Position numbers and translations under genes: made by a program. From assembly GCA_013265495.1 (NCBI GenBank), contig MU058716.1:1-51336 (forward strand): a DNA stretch of 51,336 nucleotides. The letters are read 5' to 3'. Shown piece by piece: positions 26,333 through 38,499 of this stretch; position 1 is the first letter of the stretch; every line of letters begins with the position of its first letter. The notes beneath the pieces are model-generated. The model worked only from the letters and a program-made list of their open reading frames with translations. It was not told the DNA's origin and did not search any database. This DNA comes from Vicugna vicugna (Eukaryota).

Positions 26333-26545
26333 GTGTGTCAGACCACTAGGGCTGCTGCCATGATGTGGCATAAACTCACAGGCTTGAGTGGGAGAAGCGT
26401 GCTGTCTCGCCATCTGGAGGCTGGAGTCTGAGCCCAGGGTGTGTGCTGGGGAAGAATCCCCCCACCACTGCCTCTTCCTGGTGCCTGGAGGCTCTCAGCC
26501 TGTCCTGCGGTCTCTGACTCTGTGGTCGCCTTGCATCTCTACATC
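26333..26545 (-). mobile_element. Partial MLT1-type MaLR LTR
   Basis: ctagggctgctgcc...aaactc...ggctt...tctggaggctggagtctgag...agggtg resembles the reverse complement of the MLT1 3' portion. Confidence 0.55.
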
Positions 26546-28485
26546 ATTCAGGACTTTGAATATATCTAGTTCTCCTGGAGATGCTGTGCTCTTAATGATT
26601 TTATTGAGAGGTCTTTGTGTCTTCATCCTGTTTCACAAACTCAGCTTGCTGTTTCCAGAAGCCCTCTGTTGGCACCCTCATCTGTGCTGCTCCCAGTGGC
26701 TGTTGGCTAGCAGATTGTACGCAAGGGGCTCGTCTTGACGCAGGCATGTCCCCCACAAGGCTGACCTCACAGCTCTGGGACAGTCGGCTGTGTTGCTCTG
26801 CCTCCCCTGAACCTTCCTGTTTTCCACCAGTAACTGACCCCAGAGGTCCTGCTGCTACAGATCCTTGGTGCTTTTGTGGCACTTTCTTCCCCCAAACGCA
26901 GTCTTTTTCATTCCATTTCACTTCAGCTGGGATGTTCAGCCCAAGGACATCCTCATACAGCAGAACCTCAGCTACCCTTGTCCGTCATGTCGGATAGTCC
27001 TCGCAGGGTGGCAGGGGTGGGGTGGGACTTTCTTCCTTCTCTACCGAACAAATCAGCTGTACCCTAGAGGAAGGGGCGGCTTCACAGTCGGTCACACATT
27101 CCACCCAGATGGGCCCCAGCCACAAAACAAACTCAAGCTCACATTTAAACACTTTTCAAGTGAGCACATGACTCAGTGTCCTTTTTAAATGAATGAAATG
27201 GAAACTTAGTTTTCCATCTGTCTGACCCGAGGAAAGTCTTACAACAAATGTCTTCGAGATGCACATCTAAGAGGAACAGAACAAGAATGAGGAGCCCTGC
27301 TGAACAAATCAGAAGCACCAGCAAAGCCTGTGACCGCACACACGCTCACGTGCTGCAAGGGGAGCGAGAACTTCCGGCTCTGCCTGGTTTTGGTCAACGT
27401 GCCTGCCAAATTTTAGCTCTTTTCAATTTCAAGGTTTAGTGTCTATAACATTTGCAATTTTCAATGTTCTTTGAATAAAGAAAGACATGATCTGAACCTC
27501 TGCTGCATTTTGTGGAGGGCACGCTGCAAATATCAGCTGCAGTAAAGCACCATTCTTTCCACTACAGGGGAAGACGGATCTTCTTCAGTCTGGGCCCAAA
27601 GTCATTATTACTTTAACAGAGAGAGAGACAGGAAGGAGATTCTCTAAAGTACATGCAGTGGATTGTGTCACTCAAAACCCCATCTGCGGAGAGCCTCTGC
27701 GTGAGCAGTTTACACCCCAGACGACACGCCGTCCACCAACTGCACCAACACCTAAGCGTTAGCCAGCAGTGACGCCAAAATGACTCATTCCAGTCTCCAA
27801 ACTTCCCAGGAAGCGGACAGGTGAGACTCCAGAACGTCTTGACAGTTTTGACCATCACCATCACCATTAATTACATGTCTGGAAGCGGCTGCAGAGATCT
27901 GGCCTACATCCTGTCACAGTGGTGTTCCCCTTAGATACCTGGGAAGCAGACAGCAAAAGGACCAGGGTGTAGGAGTGAAATTCAGGACTGCCTTTTTGTC
28001 ACTGGCTCACAGACGTGCAGGTCTAAGTGGAGAAATTATCAGCTAGCATGGATGGAGGACACTCGCCAGTGGGTTGAGAAGACGTGGGCTGGACCCTGTC
28101 CGTCCACGGCAACAGCATCAGCAGTCGCTGAAAGAGATTATCTTCACCCATAAGTTTATAGAGGCTTGAATTCATTCTCTGAACTTCCACTCAAAGGTCA
28201 CAATCATTTTTATATTAAAAAGCAGGGGAAGCCTTTCTATTGTGATCAGAAATAAACTTAACTTTTAAGTATTTCATCCTCAGTACCACAGAAGTAATAG
28301 AGTGGCATTTTGTGGAAACAAAGAGGTGGAAATACAAAGAGCCCTCAAGCGTAGCCCAGTAGGCACCCGTGTGCAAATCACGGAACGACTGAGCCCCGTC
28401 TGCCACTGGGCAGAGCCACCTCGCCCCCTGTTGCTGGGCCACCTCCTCACTGGCCCTGACTCCAGGACAGGTAATTTGAGCTTCA

Positions 28486-28901
28486 GTCTGTTCCTGGCCT
28501 GAGGTTGGCTCTGGCTGTCGTGGGCCCACATGTCTCTGGAAGACCGGCCTGGGCTTCTCCCCATGTGTCTGGTCACCAGAAGTCCAAGATGGAGCATGAG
28601 CCCTGCCCCAGGTCAGGTGTCCCACTGGCTTGTCCCGACGTGGGCGGGAGGGGTCCCACAGGACAGGGGTGCAGGTGGGAGTGGCTCACTGAAGGTCTGT
28701 TCCTGGCCTGAGGTTGGCTCTGGCTGTCATGGGCCCACATGTCTCTGGAAGACTGGCCTGGGCTTCTCCCCATGTGTCTGGCCACCAGAAGTCCAAGATG
28801 GAGCATGAGCCCTGACCCAGGTCAGGTGTCCCACTGGCTTGTCCCGACGTGGGCAGGAGGGGTCCCACAGGACAGGGGTGCAGGTGGGAGTGGCTCACTG
28901 A
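28486..28901. repeat. Direct tandem duplication, 209-bp period, 2 copies (starting 28486 and 28695)
   Basis: The copies align without gaps; I counted 5 substitutions by eye. Confidence 0.95.
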
Positions 28902-29036
28902 GATGTGCCTTTTCCTGAAGATCCCGTCCCTGCGGTGCAGAGAAGGGCTCAGTGTGCTGCTTTGACTAGACCAGGACCCTTCACTGTAATTTTCTGGGAC
29001 ATTGCCACAAACTGCAACGTCCATGGGGACTGGAGC

Positions 29037-29580
29037 AGACAGATGATTGGAGAGAGAAGATGTGGTAGACACATGCAATGGAATATTATTTGGTTGTGAA
29101 AGGAAACAAATCTTGCTGTTTGTGACAACACAGATGGACCTTGAGGGTATTATGCTCAGTGAAGTAAGTCAGACAGAGAAAGACAAATACTGCATGATCT
29201 CACTTCTATGTGGAAGTAAAAAAGCTTACGCAAGCAGAAATCGGATTTGTGGTTATCAGAGGTGGAGGCTGGAGGTGAGGGGAGTTTGGAAGAAGTTGGT
29301 CAAAATGTACAAATATCCAGTAATAAGGTAAATAAATACAAGGAATGTAGTGCACAGTGTGGTGTGTTATATATGAAAGATGTTAAAAGAGAAGATCCTA
29401 AAAGTTCTCATCACAAGGGTGTTTATATGAGGAAATGGGTGTTGACTAAATTAACTGTGATAACCATTTTGTAACATATTTGTGTCAAGTCATGTTGTAC
29501 ATCGTAAACTTACACAGTGCTGGAGGTCAACTATATTCAATAAGATTGGAAAGAAACTTATAAATCTACTAAAAAAAACA
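29037..29580 (+). mobile_element. L1MA/L1MB-type 3' fragment
   Basis: The translation TTQMDLEGIMLSEVSQTEKDKYCMISL is the L1 ORF2 C-terminus, followed by a typical 3'UTR. Confidence 0.85.
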
Positions 29581-30037
29581 ATAGTTATTTGTCTTACTTG
29601 TTTTGAAGTGTAATAGTAATTCATGGTCATTATTAAAAGTCACCCCCCTAAATACAACTTCTCAGAATTTACAAATGTTTTCTTCTGTCCATTTCTCTAT
29701 AATTTTACAATTGTATTTTTTATATGTTATTATATTATGCTTACTGCTGGGTAAAATTTTTTTACTTAAGATATTAAACATTTTTCCATACCAACTTATA
29801 TAAATCCACTTTATTCTTTTGAATAGCTACATGATATTCTCTTAATAAGACATACTTTATTTAATCATTTCCTACTGATAAAAATTTAGAATATTTAAAC
29901 AATTTTCCTGTAACAAATAATGCCTTCATGGACATCTTACAAAGCCATCAGTTCTTCTGTTTTTCCCCAGAAATATAATTGCTGGGTTGAGGGTTATACA
30001 TTTTTTAAATCTTGATATGTTAGGCCTATTGCCTTCT

Positions 30038-30483
30038 GATTCAGTTATCTCCTTCTCCAATAATGCTGCATAACCAAACCCCACAAGCCTTACATTTAAT
30101 AATCTAATAACGAGTGCCTCTTGATCATGTGACCCCTCCTTGCACTGCTGGTCTTGGCTGGCCCACCTGTGTGTCTGCATTCAGGCTGAGTAGGGGATGT
30201 GGGGCAGCCCTGGCTGGGAGGTAGGGTCCTCTGCTCTGCTCAGACATGTCCTGTCCTCCAGCAGAGCAGCCCAGCACATTCTCCTGGTACGTCCTCCTGG
30301 GGAGGGGGCAGAGAGAGAGGCCCACGCCTTTCATGTCCCTGCTTGCACTCTGTGAACACCCCGGGGGCTGCTGCAAGTCACAGGGCTGAGCCTGGACTCA
30401 GGATGGGCGGGAACCACCAGGTCGTGAGGCAAGGGGCTGATTTAGGGAGGGGTGCAGAACTGAGGATGTCTGAGCTACCCACC
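30038..30483 (-). mobile_element. Old MLT1-type MaLR LTR within a decayed minus-strand L1
   Basis: Contains tcagttatct...taatgctgcataaccaaacccca, tcctccagcagagcagcccag and gcaagtcacagggctgagcc. Confidence 0.6.
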
Positions 30484-32189
30484 AGCCACACCCTCCAAAC
30501 AGTGGGAGCTCACTGACCGTCCTTCCAACATCAGATGAGAACCTTTATTTCACCACAGGCTCACTAACATTGGATGTTATCAATTTTAAAACTCTATGCT
30601 AACCTGGGAGGCAAAATACTACATTAATCATGGCTTTCATTTTACTTCCTGTGCCAGCAGTGGGGCGTGTCCATTTCCATACGTACACTGGCTATTTGCA
30701 TTTCTTCTGTGAATTGCCTCCGCACGTACTTTTTCCATTTATCCACTGGTTTCATTTTAAGAAAATGTTTAAATATTTTCTTCAAAAAAGCAAGGTCTCA
30801 ATTTTCCTTTCCTAGACCACTATTTTATTCATAAAGGTGAAATGGAAGATAAAAGAGGTAATTCAAGCAAATAAAATCTTTACATTGCACTCAATTATCT
30901 GGATATTCCCAGGGCAAATTTTGATATGAATAATCTTCATAATTTCTTTAATTCTCTGCTTTACTTTCCAGTTTCAGCCAAGAAAAATTAGATTATTTCC
31001 ATTGTACTTTGGAGAATTAAAAAATGAAACACGGTTCCACTTTGTCCTTAACAACACAAAAAATCTAATACTAGAAATCAACCCCACCTTTCTAGACTCA
31101 GCACATGTTTTTAACAAAGCCTTTCTTACTGTTTTTTGCCTAAAATCTTCCAAAGCTTTCTATTGGGCACACACTTTTTTTGGTCATTTTGGTTGAACTG
31201 ATGAGTCCAGTTGTGGAAGAAAAGAGAGTTCTCAGGTCAGCTCTGTTCAGCCTCCTCCAAACATCGCCCCATCCTCAGGAAGGTCGGCAGGACCCCGGGA
31301 CGGGCAGTGGGATGCCAGCCAAGGGTTCAACCAAGAAGACAGGCTATTCCAATTAGAAGAGAAATAAAAATGATAAAGGAACAATCATTATTTACAGAAG
31401 CTACAATTAGCCCTCTAGAAATTAAAAAGAAATAAAAAAGTTAAATTTTTGGAAAAGTGGCTGCATGTAAATTCAAGTTTTAGATTTCAGTAACAGGCCT
31501 ATATACACTAGCAACAATGACAAATTAGAAAACATGGAAAGAGAGAGATGTGTGTGTTACCATTTTTGACAGAATCTAAAAAAATAAAAGTCTTTGAAAA
31601 GTTTAAAGAAAAGGGTAAATGGCATATGTGACAAAACACAGTGTTTTTATGCGATAAAGAAGGACTTTCATTTCTAATAATAACTAATAATACTAATATT
31701 CATGACTGCTGGACCACACACTTGCAGGGAACAACTACAACATCCAGACATCACACAAAGGCAGCTGCCTGCAGGTCCAGAGAAGCTCATGGATTCCAGG
31801 GCTGTCCATCCCAGAGAAGGGCCCTTGTACAGGTCAGTGCCTGTCTCTGTAGCTCTTAGGACCAGACATGATGGGCCTCATGCACAGGGCCCCACAGGGG
31901 CTGGTGCTGAAGGTGTGGAGAACCAGACAGCAGAATCCAGAGACCATGACCTCCAGAGGGAGAGAGGGAGAGAATCCTATAAGGGAAATCTAGAGAGGGG
32001 ATCCCCAAATCCTGTCTGTCTCTGAGCTACACACATGCAGGGCAGACTCTGAGAACAACAACTCAGGAGCAAAGATCTGAGTGAGGCAGGTTCTGCAGCC
32101 CCACAGGATAGCTGTCTCCTAAAACTGAGAACCAACAGAGGAAAGGAGCAGAAGCCTGAGTCTTCACAGCTTAATGTTTTGAATGTCCA

Positions 32190-32970
32190 CAATTTCCAAA
32201 ATTATCTTACAAACAAACAGAAAACCCAGGGAAGTGGAACTCATCCTCCAGAGAAAAGAAAATAAATTGATATCAAGCCTGAGATGACTCAGATTTGTAA
32301 CTAACAGGCAAAGATATTAAAGTAGATATTATAACTATCACCAGTGGGAAAAAAAAATGTTCACTGAGAAATGGAAATGACAAAAAAGGAACCACGAAAG
32401 AAAATTTCTAGAACTGAAAAAACTTAAATAAAAAATTCACTGGACGGACTTAACAGCCAAATGGAGTTGACAGGAGAAAGAATAAGCAAAACCTGATCAA
32501 TAAACAGAAAAGATGCAGTGAGAAGAACCAAGAGCATCAGGATTGATTAAAAAAAGATGGAATCCCAAGGGACCTATTAGGTGAGATCAAACAATCTTGC
32601 ACATGTACAACTGAAGACCAAGAGGGAGAGGAGAAAGAATGGGATGGGGAAAGTATTTGAGGAAACAATGGCTGAATTTTTTATCTTATAAAAGACGTAA
32701 CTTTACAGATTTAAGACGCTCAGTACAGCCAAGCTGGACAAATATAAGAAGGTCATCCTGAGGCTCATCACAGTCAAACTACTGGAGCTGAACTGGAGAC
32801 TAACTTGTGAAAGGACGGAAAAACATTACACATTAAATACGGGGATGATAATTCAGTTATTGGCTGATGTTTCCTCAAATGTGAATGAGGCCAGGAAAAA
32901 GGAAGCTGTTGACCCAGAATTCTCTAGTGAAAATATCCTTCAAGAATCAAGGCAAAGTTAAGTTTATTTT
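32190..32970 (+). mobile_element. Decayed ancient L1 ORF1 region
   Basis: A-rich coiled-coil-type sequence; tatttgaggaaacaatggctga and acccagaattctcta...aaaatatccttcaag are L1 ORF1 landmarks. Confidence 0.65.
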
Positions 32971-33983
32971 TGCAAATAGGCAGCTGGGAACTTCCGATTT
33001 CAAGCTCCACTTCAAATTCGCCACTCTGTCTTAACAAAAAGTAAAAAACCAAATGGAATGAAAAATCATCAACTGTTGAATCTGAAAGAGAGGAAATAAC
33101 ACCAGGCAAACCGCTGCCCCCAAGACTGGAGAGACGTACCGGCACAGAGAATCACAGTTACTGAGCAGGAACCCGGAGCAGACACCACCATGGGGAACAA
33201 TGAGGGTAGGAAAACCTAAAAGTAACTGATGAATTCCTGGAGGCTCTGTGGGGACCCAACCATAGAGACTCCACACTCTGTGAGCTTTATCCCCAGGATC
33301 TCTACCAGCCTCCCATGGTGAGTATCTGAGGGAGCTCCCCTCAGGTCTCCAGCAGAGAAAGGGGGAAAGAACCACTTTAAAATACTCCAGAGCACCATGT
33401 TCCCTTAACAAGGCCTGCCCTCAGGGAAAACTAGTTAACCTGAGACTAACCTGCTGGAGTATCATCAGAGCCTAACTGACCTAGGGAAGGGGAAATGCAC
33501 TCCAGTCTACTCTACCCATCCTGTCCCACCTATGGGAGGAAAAAGAGTGAGAAACACTTGTGAAGTTCATAGTCCAGAGGCACAGGCTTCACTAAAGGAT
33601 CTAGACCCAAGCATAGGACTACAGAATGCTTCCTCTCCCCCCACACCTCACCATCACATCACCAGCGGCCTATCAGCAGTAGTTCCTGTCAATCAGTACA
33701 ATTTGTTCAGACACCAAGAAAAAACTATGAGACAAAGGCAAAAACACACAATTTGAAGAAACAGAGCAAACATCAGAACCAGACATGGCAGGATGTTAGA
33801 ATTATCAGACTGGGAATTTAAAATAACTATGATTAACATGCCATGGGGTTCAAATTGGATAAAGTAGACAGCATGAAGAACTGATGGGCAACATAAGCAG
33901 AGAGATGGAAATCCTAAGAAAGAGCCAAAAAGAAACACTAGAGATCACAAACACTGGAATGAAGAATGCCTTTGATGTTCTTA

Positions 33984-33986
<3 letters not shown>

Positions 33987-34023
<37 letters not shown>
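33987..34023. repeat. (GT)n microsatellite, about 18 units
   Basis: Seen directly. Confidence 0.97.
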
Positions 34024-34024
<1 letters not shown>

Positions 34025-34603
34025 TAGATGCAAAGTCCTCAACAAAATGTTAGCAAATTGAATAAAAACATGATTTAAAAAATTATATACCACAACTCAG
34101 TGGGATTTATCTCAGGTACTCAAGACTGGTCCACTATTCATAAATCAATTAATGTAATCTAGCACATGAATAGTCTAAAAAAGAAAAATCATTGGTCAGA
34201 TCAATGGATACAGAAAAAGAATTTGACAAAATCCACCACCCATTCATGATAAAAACTCTCAGTAAATTAAGAATAGAGGGAAACTTTCTTAACTTGATAA
34301 AGGCTCTCTACAAAAAAACCTATGGCTAATGTCATAGTTAATGGTGAGAAACTTAAGGATGTCCCCTCCCACTACTCTTCTGCATGATACTGAAAGTCCT
34401 TGCAAATGTAGTAAGTCAAGAAAGGAAGGGAAAGGTATACAGTTTGGGAAGGAAAAAATAAAACTGTATTTGTTTGCAGATGGCATGACTGTCTACACAG
34501 AAGGACAGTCCAAAAGGATCAACAATAATGAAGAATCTCCTGGAAGTAATAACTGATTGTAGCAACATTGTAAGATATAAGGCTAATAAGCAAAAGTCAG
34601 TTG

Positions 34604-34754
34604 AGGGGGGAGGGTGTAGCTCAAGTGGTAGAGCACGTGCTTAGCATGCACAAGGTCCTGGGTTCAATCCCCAGTACCTCCACTAAAAGTAAACAAACCT
34701 AATTACCTCCCCCTACCAAAATAAAATAATTAAATGCTAAATAAATATTTTTTT
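34604..34754 (+). mobile_element. tRNA-derived SINE, Vic-1 (camelid) type
   Basis: Pol III A box (tagctcaagtgg) and B box (ggttcaatcc), an aaacctaattacctcccc body and an AT-rich tail. Degenerate TSD aaaagtcagttg / aaaaatcaattg. Confidence 0.88.
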
Positions 34755-37068
34755 AAAAATCAATTGTTTTCCTGTATGCCAACAATGAACACGTGAAAAC
34801 TGAAATTTAAAAAATAATACCATTTATATTAGAAACACCAAAACTGAAATACTTAGGTACGAATACAATGAAATTTATAACTATAACACTCTGATGAACA
34901 AATCAAAGAACTAAGCAGAAAATATTCCATGTTCATGGACAGGAAGATGCAATATTGTCAGGATGTCAGTTTTTCCCAGCTTGATCTACAGATTCAATCA
35001 ATCCCATCAAAATACCAGCAGGTTATTTTGTGAATATCAACAAACTAATTCTAAATTTTATAGAGACCCAGAAAGGACAGCACATTGCTGAAGGAGAAAA
35101 ACAAAGTTGTAGGACTGATGTCACCAGACTTCAAGATTTATTATAAAGCTACAATAATTACAACAATGTAGTGTTGGTGAAAGAGTAGACAAACAGGTCG
35201 ATGGCGCAGAATGGAGAGCCCAGAAGTAGATCCACAAGAATCCAGTCAATCCACTTTTGATGAAGGAGCAAGGCGACACAATGCAGTGAAGACAGTGTCT
35301 TCAACAAGTGGTGTTGAAATACTGTGGACGTACACACTAAAAAATTTTAATCTAGACATCAGTCTTACACCTTTCATTAAAAAATAACTCAAAGCCATCA
35401 TAGACCTACATGTAACAGGCAAAATTATAAAATTCCCGGAAGGTAACAAGGGAGAGAACCTAGATGACCTTAGGGATGGTGATGCCTTTTTTGATACAAC
35501 ACCAATGACATGATATATCAAAGGAAGAATTGATAAGCTGGACTTCATTGAAATTTAAAACTTCTGCTTTGTGAAAGACAATAACAAGAGAATTAGAAGA
35601 CAAGCTACAGACTGGGAGGAAATATTTGTGAAAGACGTATCTAATAAAGGACTGTTGTCCAAAATATACAAGAATCCTTAAAACTCAACAATAAGAAAAC
35701 AAACAGATATGGGTCAAAGACCTGAGGAGACATCTCATCAAAGAAGATATTCAAACAGCAAATAAGCATATGGAAATATGCTGCACATTATATGTCATCA
35801 GAGAAATGCAAATTAAAATGACATAACACTATGTACCTATTAGAACGTCCCAAAATCCAGAACACTGACAACACCAAATGCTGACAAGTATGGGGAGCAA
35901 CACAAACCATCAGTCATTGCTGGTGGGAATGCAAAATGCTGCAGCCACTTTGGAAGACAATTTGGCAGTTTCTTACAAAACTAAACATACTGTTTCTTAC
36001 CATACGATCCAGCAATTGTGCTCCCTGATAGTTACCCAAATCAGTTGAAAACTTATATCCTCACAAAAACCTGCACGTGGATCTATAGCAGCTTCATTCA
36101 TAATTGCCAAAACTCATACAGCCGCTTTGGAAGACAATTTGGTGGTTTCTTACAAAACTGAACACACTCTTGTCATGTGATCCAGCAATTACACTCCATG
36201 GTATTAACCCAAAGGAGTTGAAAATGTATGTCCACACAAAAACCTGCACATGGACTCATAGCAGCTTTATTTATAACAGCCAAAACTTGGAAATCACCAA
36301 GAAGTCCTATAGTAGGTGAATGGAAAAGTAAACTGTGGCACATACAGACATTGAATACTATTGAGTGCTAAAAAGAAAGGTGCTATCCAGCCATGAAAAG
36401 ACCTCATGAAAACTGTAAATGTATATTACTAAGTGAAAGAAGCCAATCTGGAAAAATTATGTACTGTATGGTTTCAAATTTATCACATTCTGGAAAAGGT
36501 ATAACTATGGAGAAAGTAAAAATTCAGTGGCCTCCAAGGACTGGGCACAGATAGGGATGAGTAGGTGGAACACGAAGGACTTTTAGGGCAGTGACACTAC
36601 TCTGTAAGATACTATAATTGTGGACACATGTCACAATACATCTGTCCAAACACATAGAACATACAACACCAGAGTGAACCCCAACGTAAACTATGACCTC
36701 TGGGTGATTGTGACTGGTCTGTGGAGGTGTATCCTTGCACACACATGCATTAAAAGTCCCACTCTGGTGAGTGGTGTTTGTAATGGGAGGGACCATGCAG
36801 GTGTGGCATCAGGGGGTATGTGGAAATTTCTTAGGTACAAATACAATGAAATTTATAACTCAATTTTAATGTAAACCTTAAACTACTCTAAAATATAAAG
36901 TGTTAAAAAAGAATCAAAACAAAATACCTTCTCATATAACAGAAAATATTTTGCTACCAGCAAATTAATACCACAAGGAATATGAAAGTAAGTTCTTCAG
37001 AATGAAAGGAGTTGATGTCAGATGGAAACTTGGACTGTCAGAAGTGAATGAAGAGCATAAGAAATGGT

Positions 37069-38018
37069 ACATATCTGGCCAAATACAAATATGTTTTATT
37101 TGCCTTTAATTTATTTATACTACATATGACTATTTAAAGCAAACACTATAACATACCTTGTGGAGTTCATAATATGGATAGATAAAATATATTTTACATC
37201 TATAGCATAAAGAATGTGGAGTGGGAGAAGTATGGACCTATAATTGCAAGATTTCTACATTTTATGTGAATTATTAAAATAGCAACTGTAATTAGAATGT
37301 GAAAAGTTACAAATGTAAAATACAGGTTTCTCTTTTAATAGAGCAAGCACATTGCTCCTTGTGTCTCCACTAAATGCAGCCTTACGTATAAAAAATAAAA
37401 CCTGAATACAATGCATGGGGCAAATAATTGAGGTCCCTGAAGATAAACAGTAGCAGGCAGACTGGAGAAGAAGAGCAGAGTTTGAAATATCACCAAACCA
37501 GCAGTGAGTTTACCATATTTTTCCTTCAGTGTGATCTAGCCTGACATATCTGGCCAAATACAAATATGTTTTATTTGCCTTTAATTTATTTATACTACAT
37601 ATGACTATTTAAAGCAAACACTATAACATACCTTGTGGAGTTCATAATATGGATAGATAAAATATATTTTACATCTATAGCATAAAGAATGTGGAGTGGG
37701 AGAAGTATGGACCTATAATTGCAAGATTTCTACATTTTATGTGAATTATTAAAATAGCAACTGTAATTAGAATGTGAAAAGTTACAAATGTAAAATACAG
37801 GTTTCTCTTTTAATAGAGCAAGCACATTGCTCCTTGTGTCTCCACTAAATGCAGCCTTACGTATAAAAAATAAAACCTGAATACAATGCATGGGGCAAAT
37901 AATTGAGGTCCCTGAAGATAAACAGTAGCAGGCAGGCTGGAGAAGAAGAGCAGAGTTTGAAATGTCACCAAACTAGCAGTGAGTTTACCATATTTTTCCT
38001 TCAGTGTGATCTAGCCTG
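37069..38018. repeat. Direct tandem duplication, 475-bp period, 2 copies (37069-37543 and 37544-38018)
   Basis: The copies are identical except for 3 substitutions seen by eye. Confidence 0.96.
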
Positions 38019-38499
38019 GACGCAGTGTAGTGTAAAATCCTGAGCACAGAGTACAGGACAGAGGCTCCAGAAGAGGCTGCCCAGTTCTGGGCTGAGTGAT
38101 GGGAAAGGATCTCCTAATACTCAGAAATCTCCCATTTTTCCTTCCATCCATTCATGCACATCCCAGTCTCTAAGCTACATTGTAGTAGCAGCATGTGCAA
38201 CAGCAATGATCAAGGTCTGCCCACAGGAGCTGGAAACTGGAGGGAGCAGAACCACCCTCTCCACTTGGAGGAGCTGTGGTGGAAAGAGGGAAGCAAGTAT
38301 CACTGCTTGCTTTCTCTCTCCTCTGGTCGGTTGGGCCTCGAAACATGATCAGCTACATGAAGCGTAAGCAGAGGAAGGTAGGTGAAGCCCCAGTTTCTGG
38401 CTGAGGAATTGAAGTGGGGAGCTTCAGGGAGCTTGAAAAGTACCAGGGAACTTGTGGAGAAGTAGGATCTCAGGAAAGTGAATCCATAAAGTTGCTTAT

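Larger units (their letters stand above)
32995..36910 (+). mobile_element. L1MC1/L1MC2-like element (5' region, internally deleted ORF1/ORF2, 3'UTR) nested in an older L1
   Basis: RT motif LYLFADGM at about 34465-34490 and long ORF2 homology. The 3'UTR caacaccagagtgaaccccaacgtaaactatgac is typical of L1MC1-like elements. Multiple stops and frameshifts. Confidence 0.85.

Noticed and set aside
30790..31325. Possible minus-strand processed pseudogene (GC-rich start, ATG, distal AATAAA)
   Set aside because: The ATG frame stops after 11 codons. There is no recognisable protein, poly(A) tail or TSD.
34605..34682. tRNA-Ala-like sequence
   Set aside because: It has a SINE body, AT-rich tail and TSD, and a related copy at 44666; it is a SINE, not a tRNA gene.
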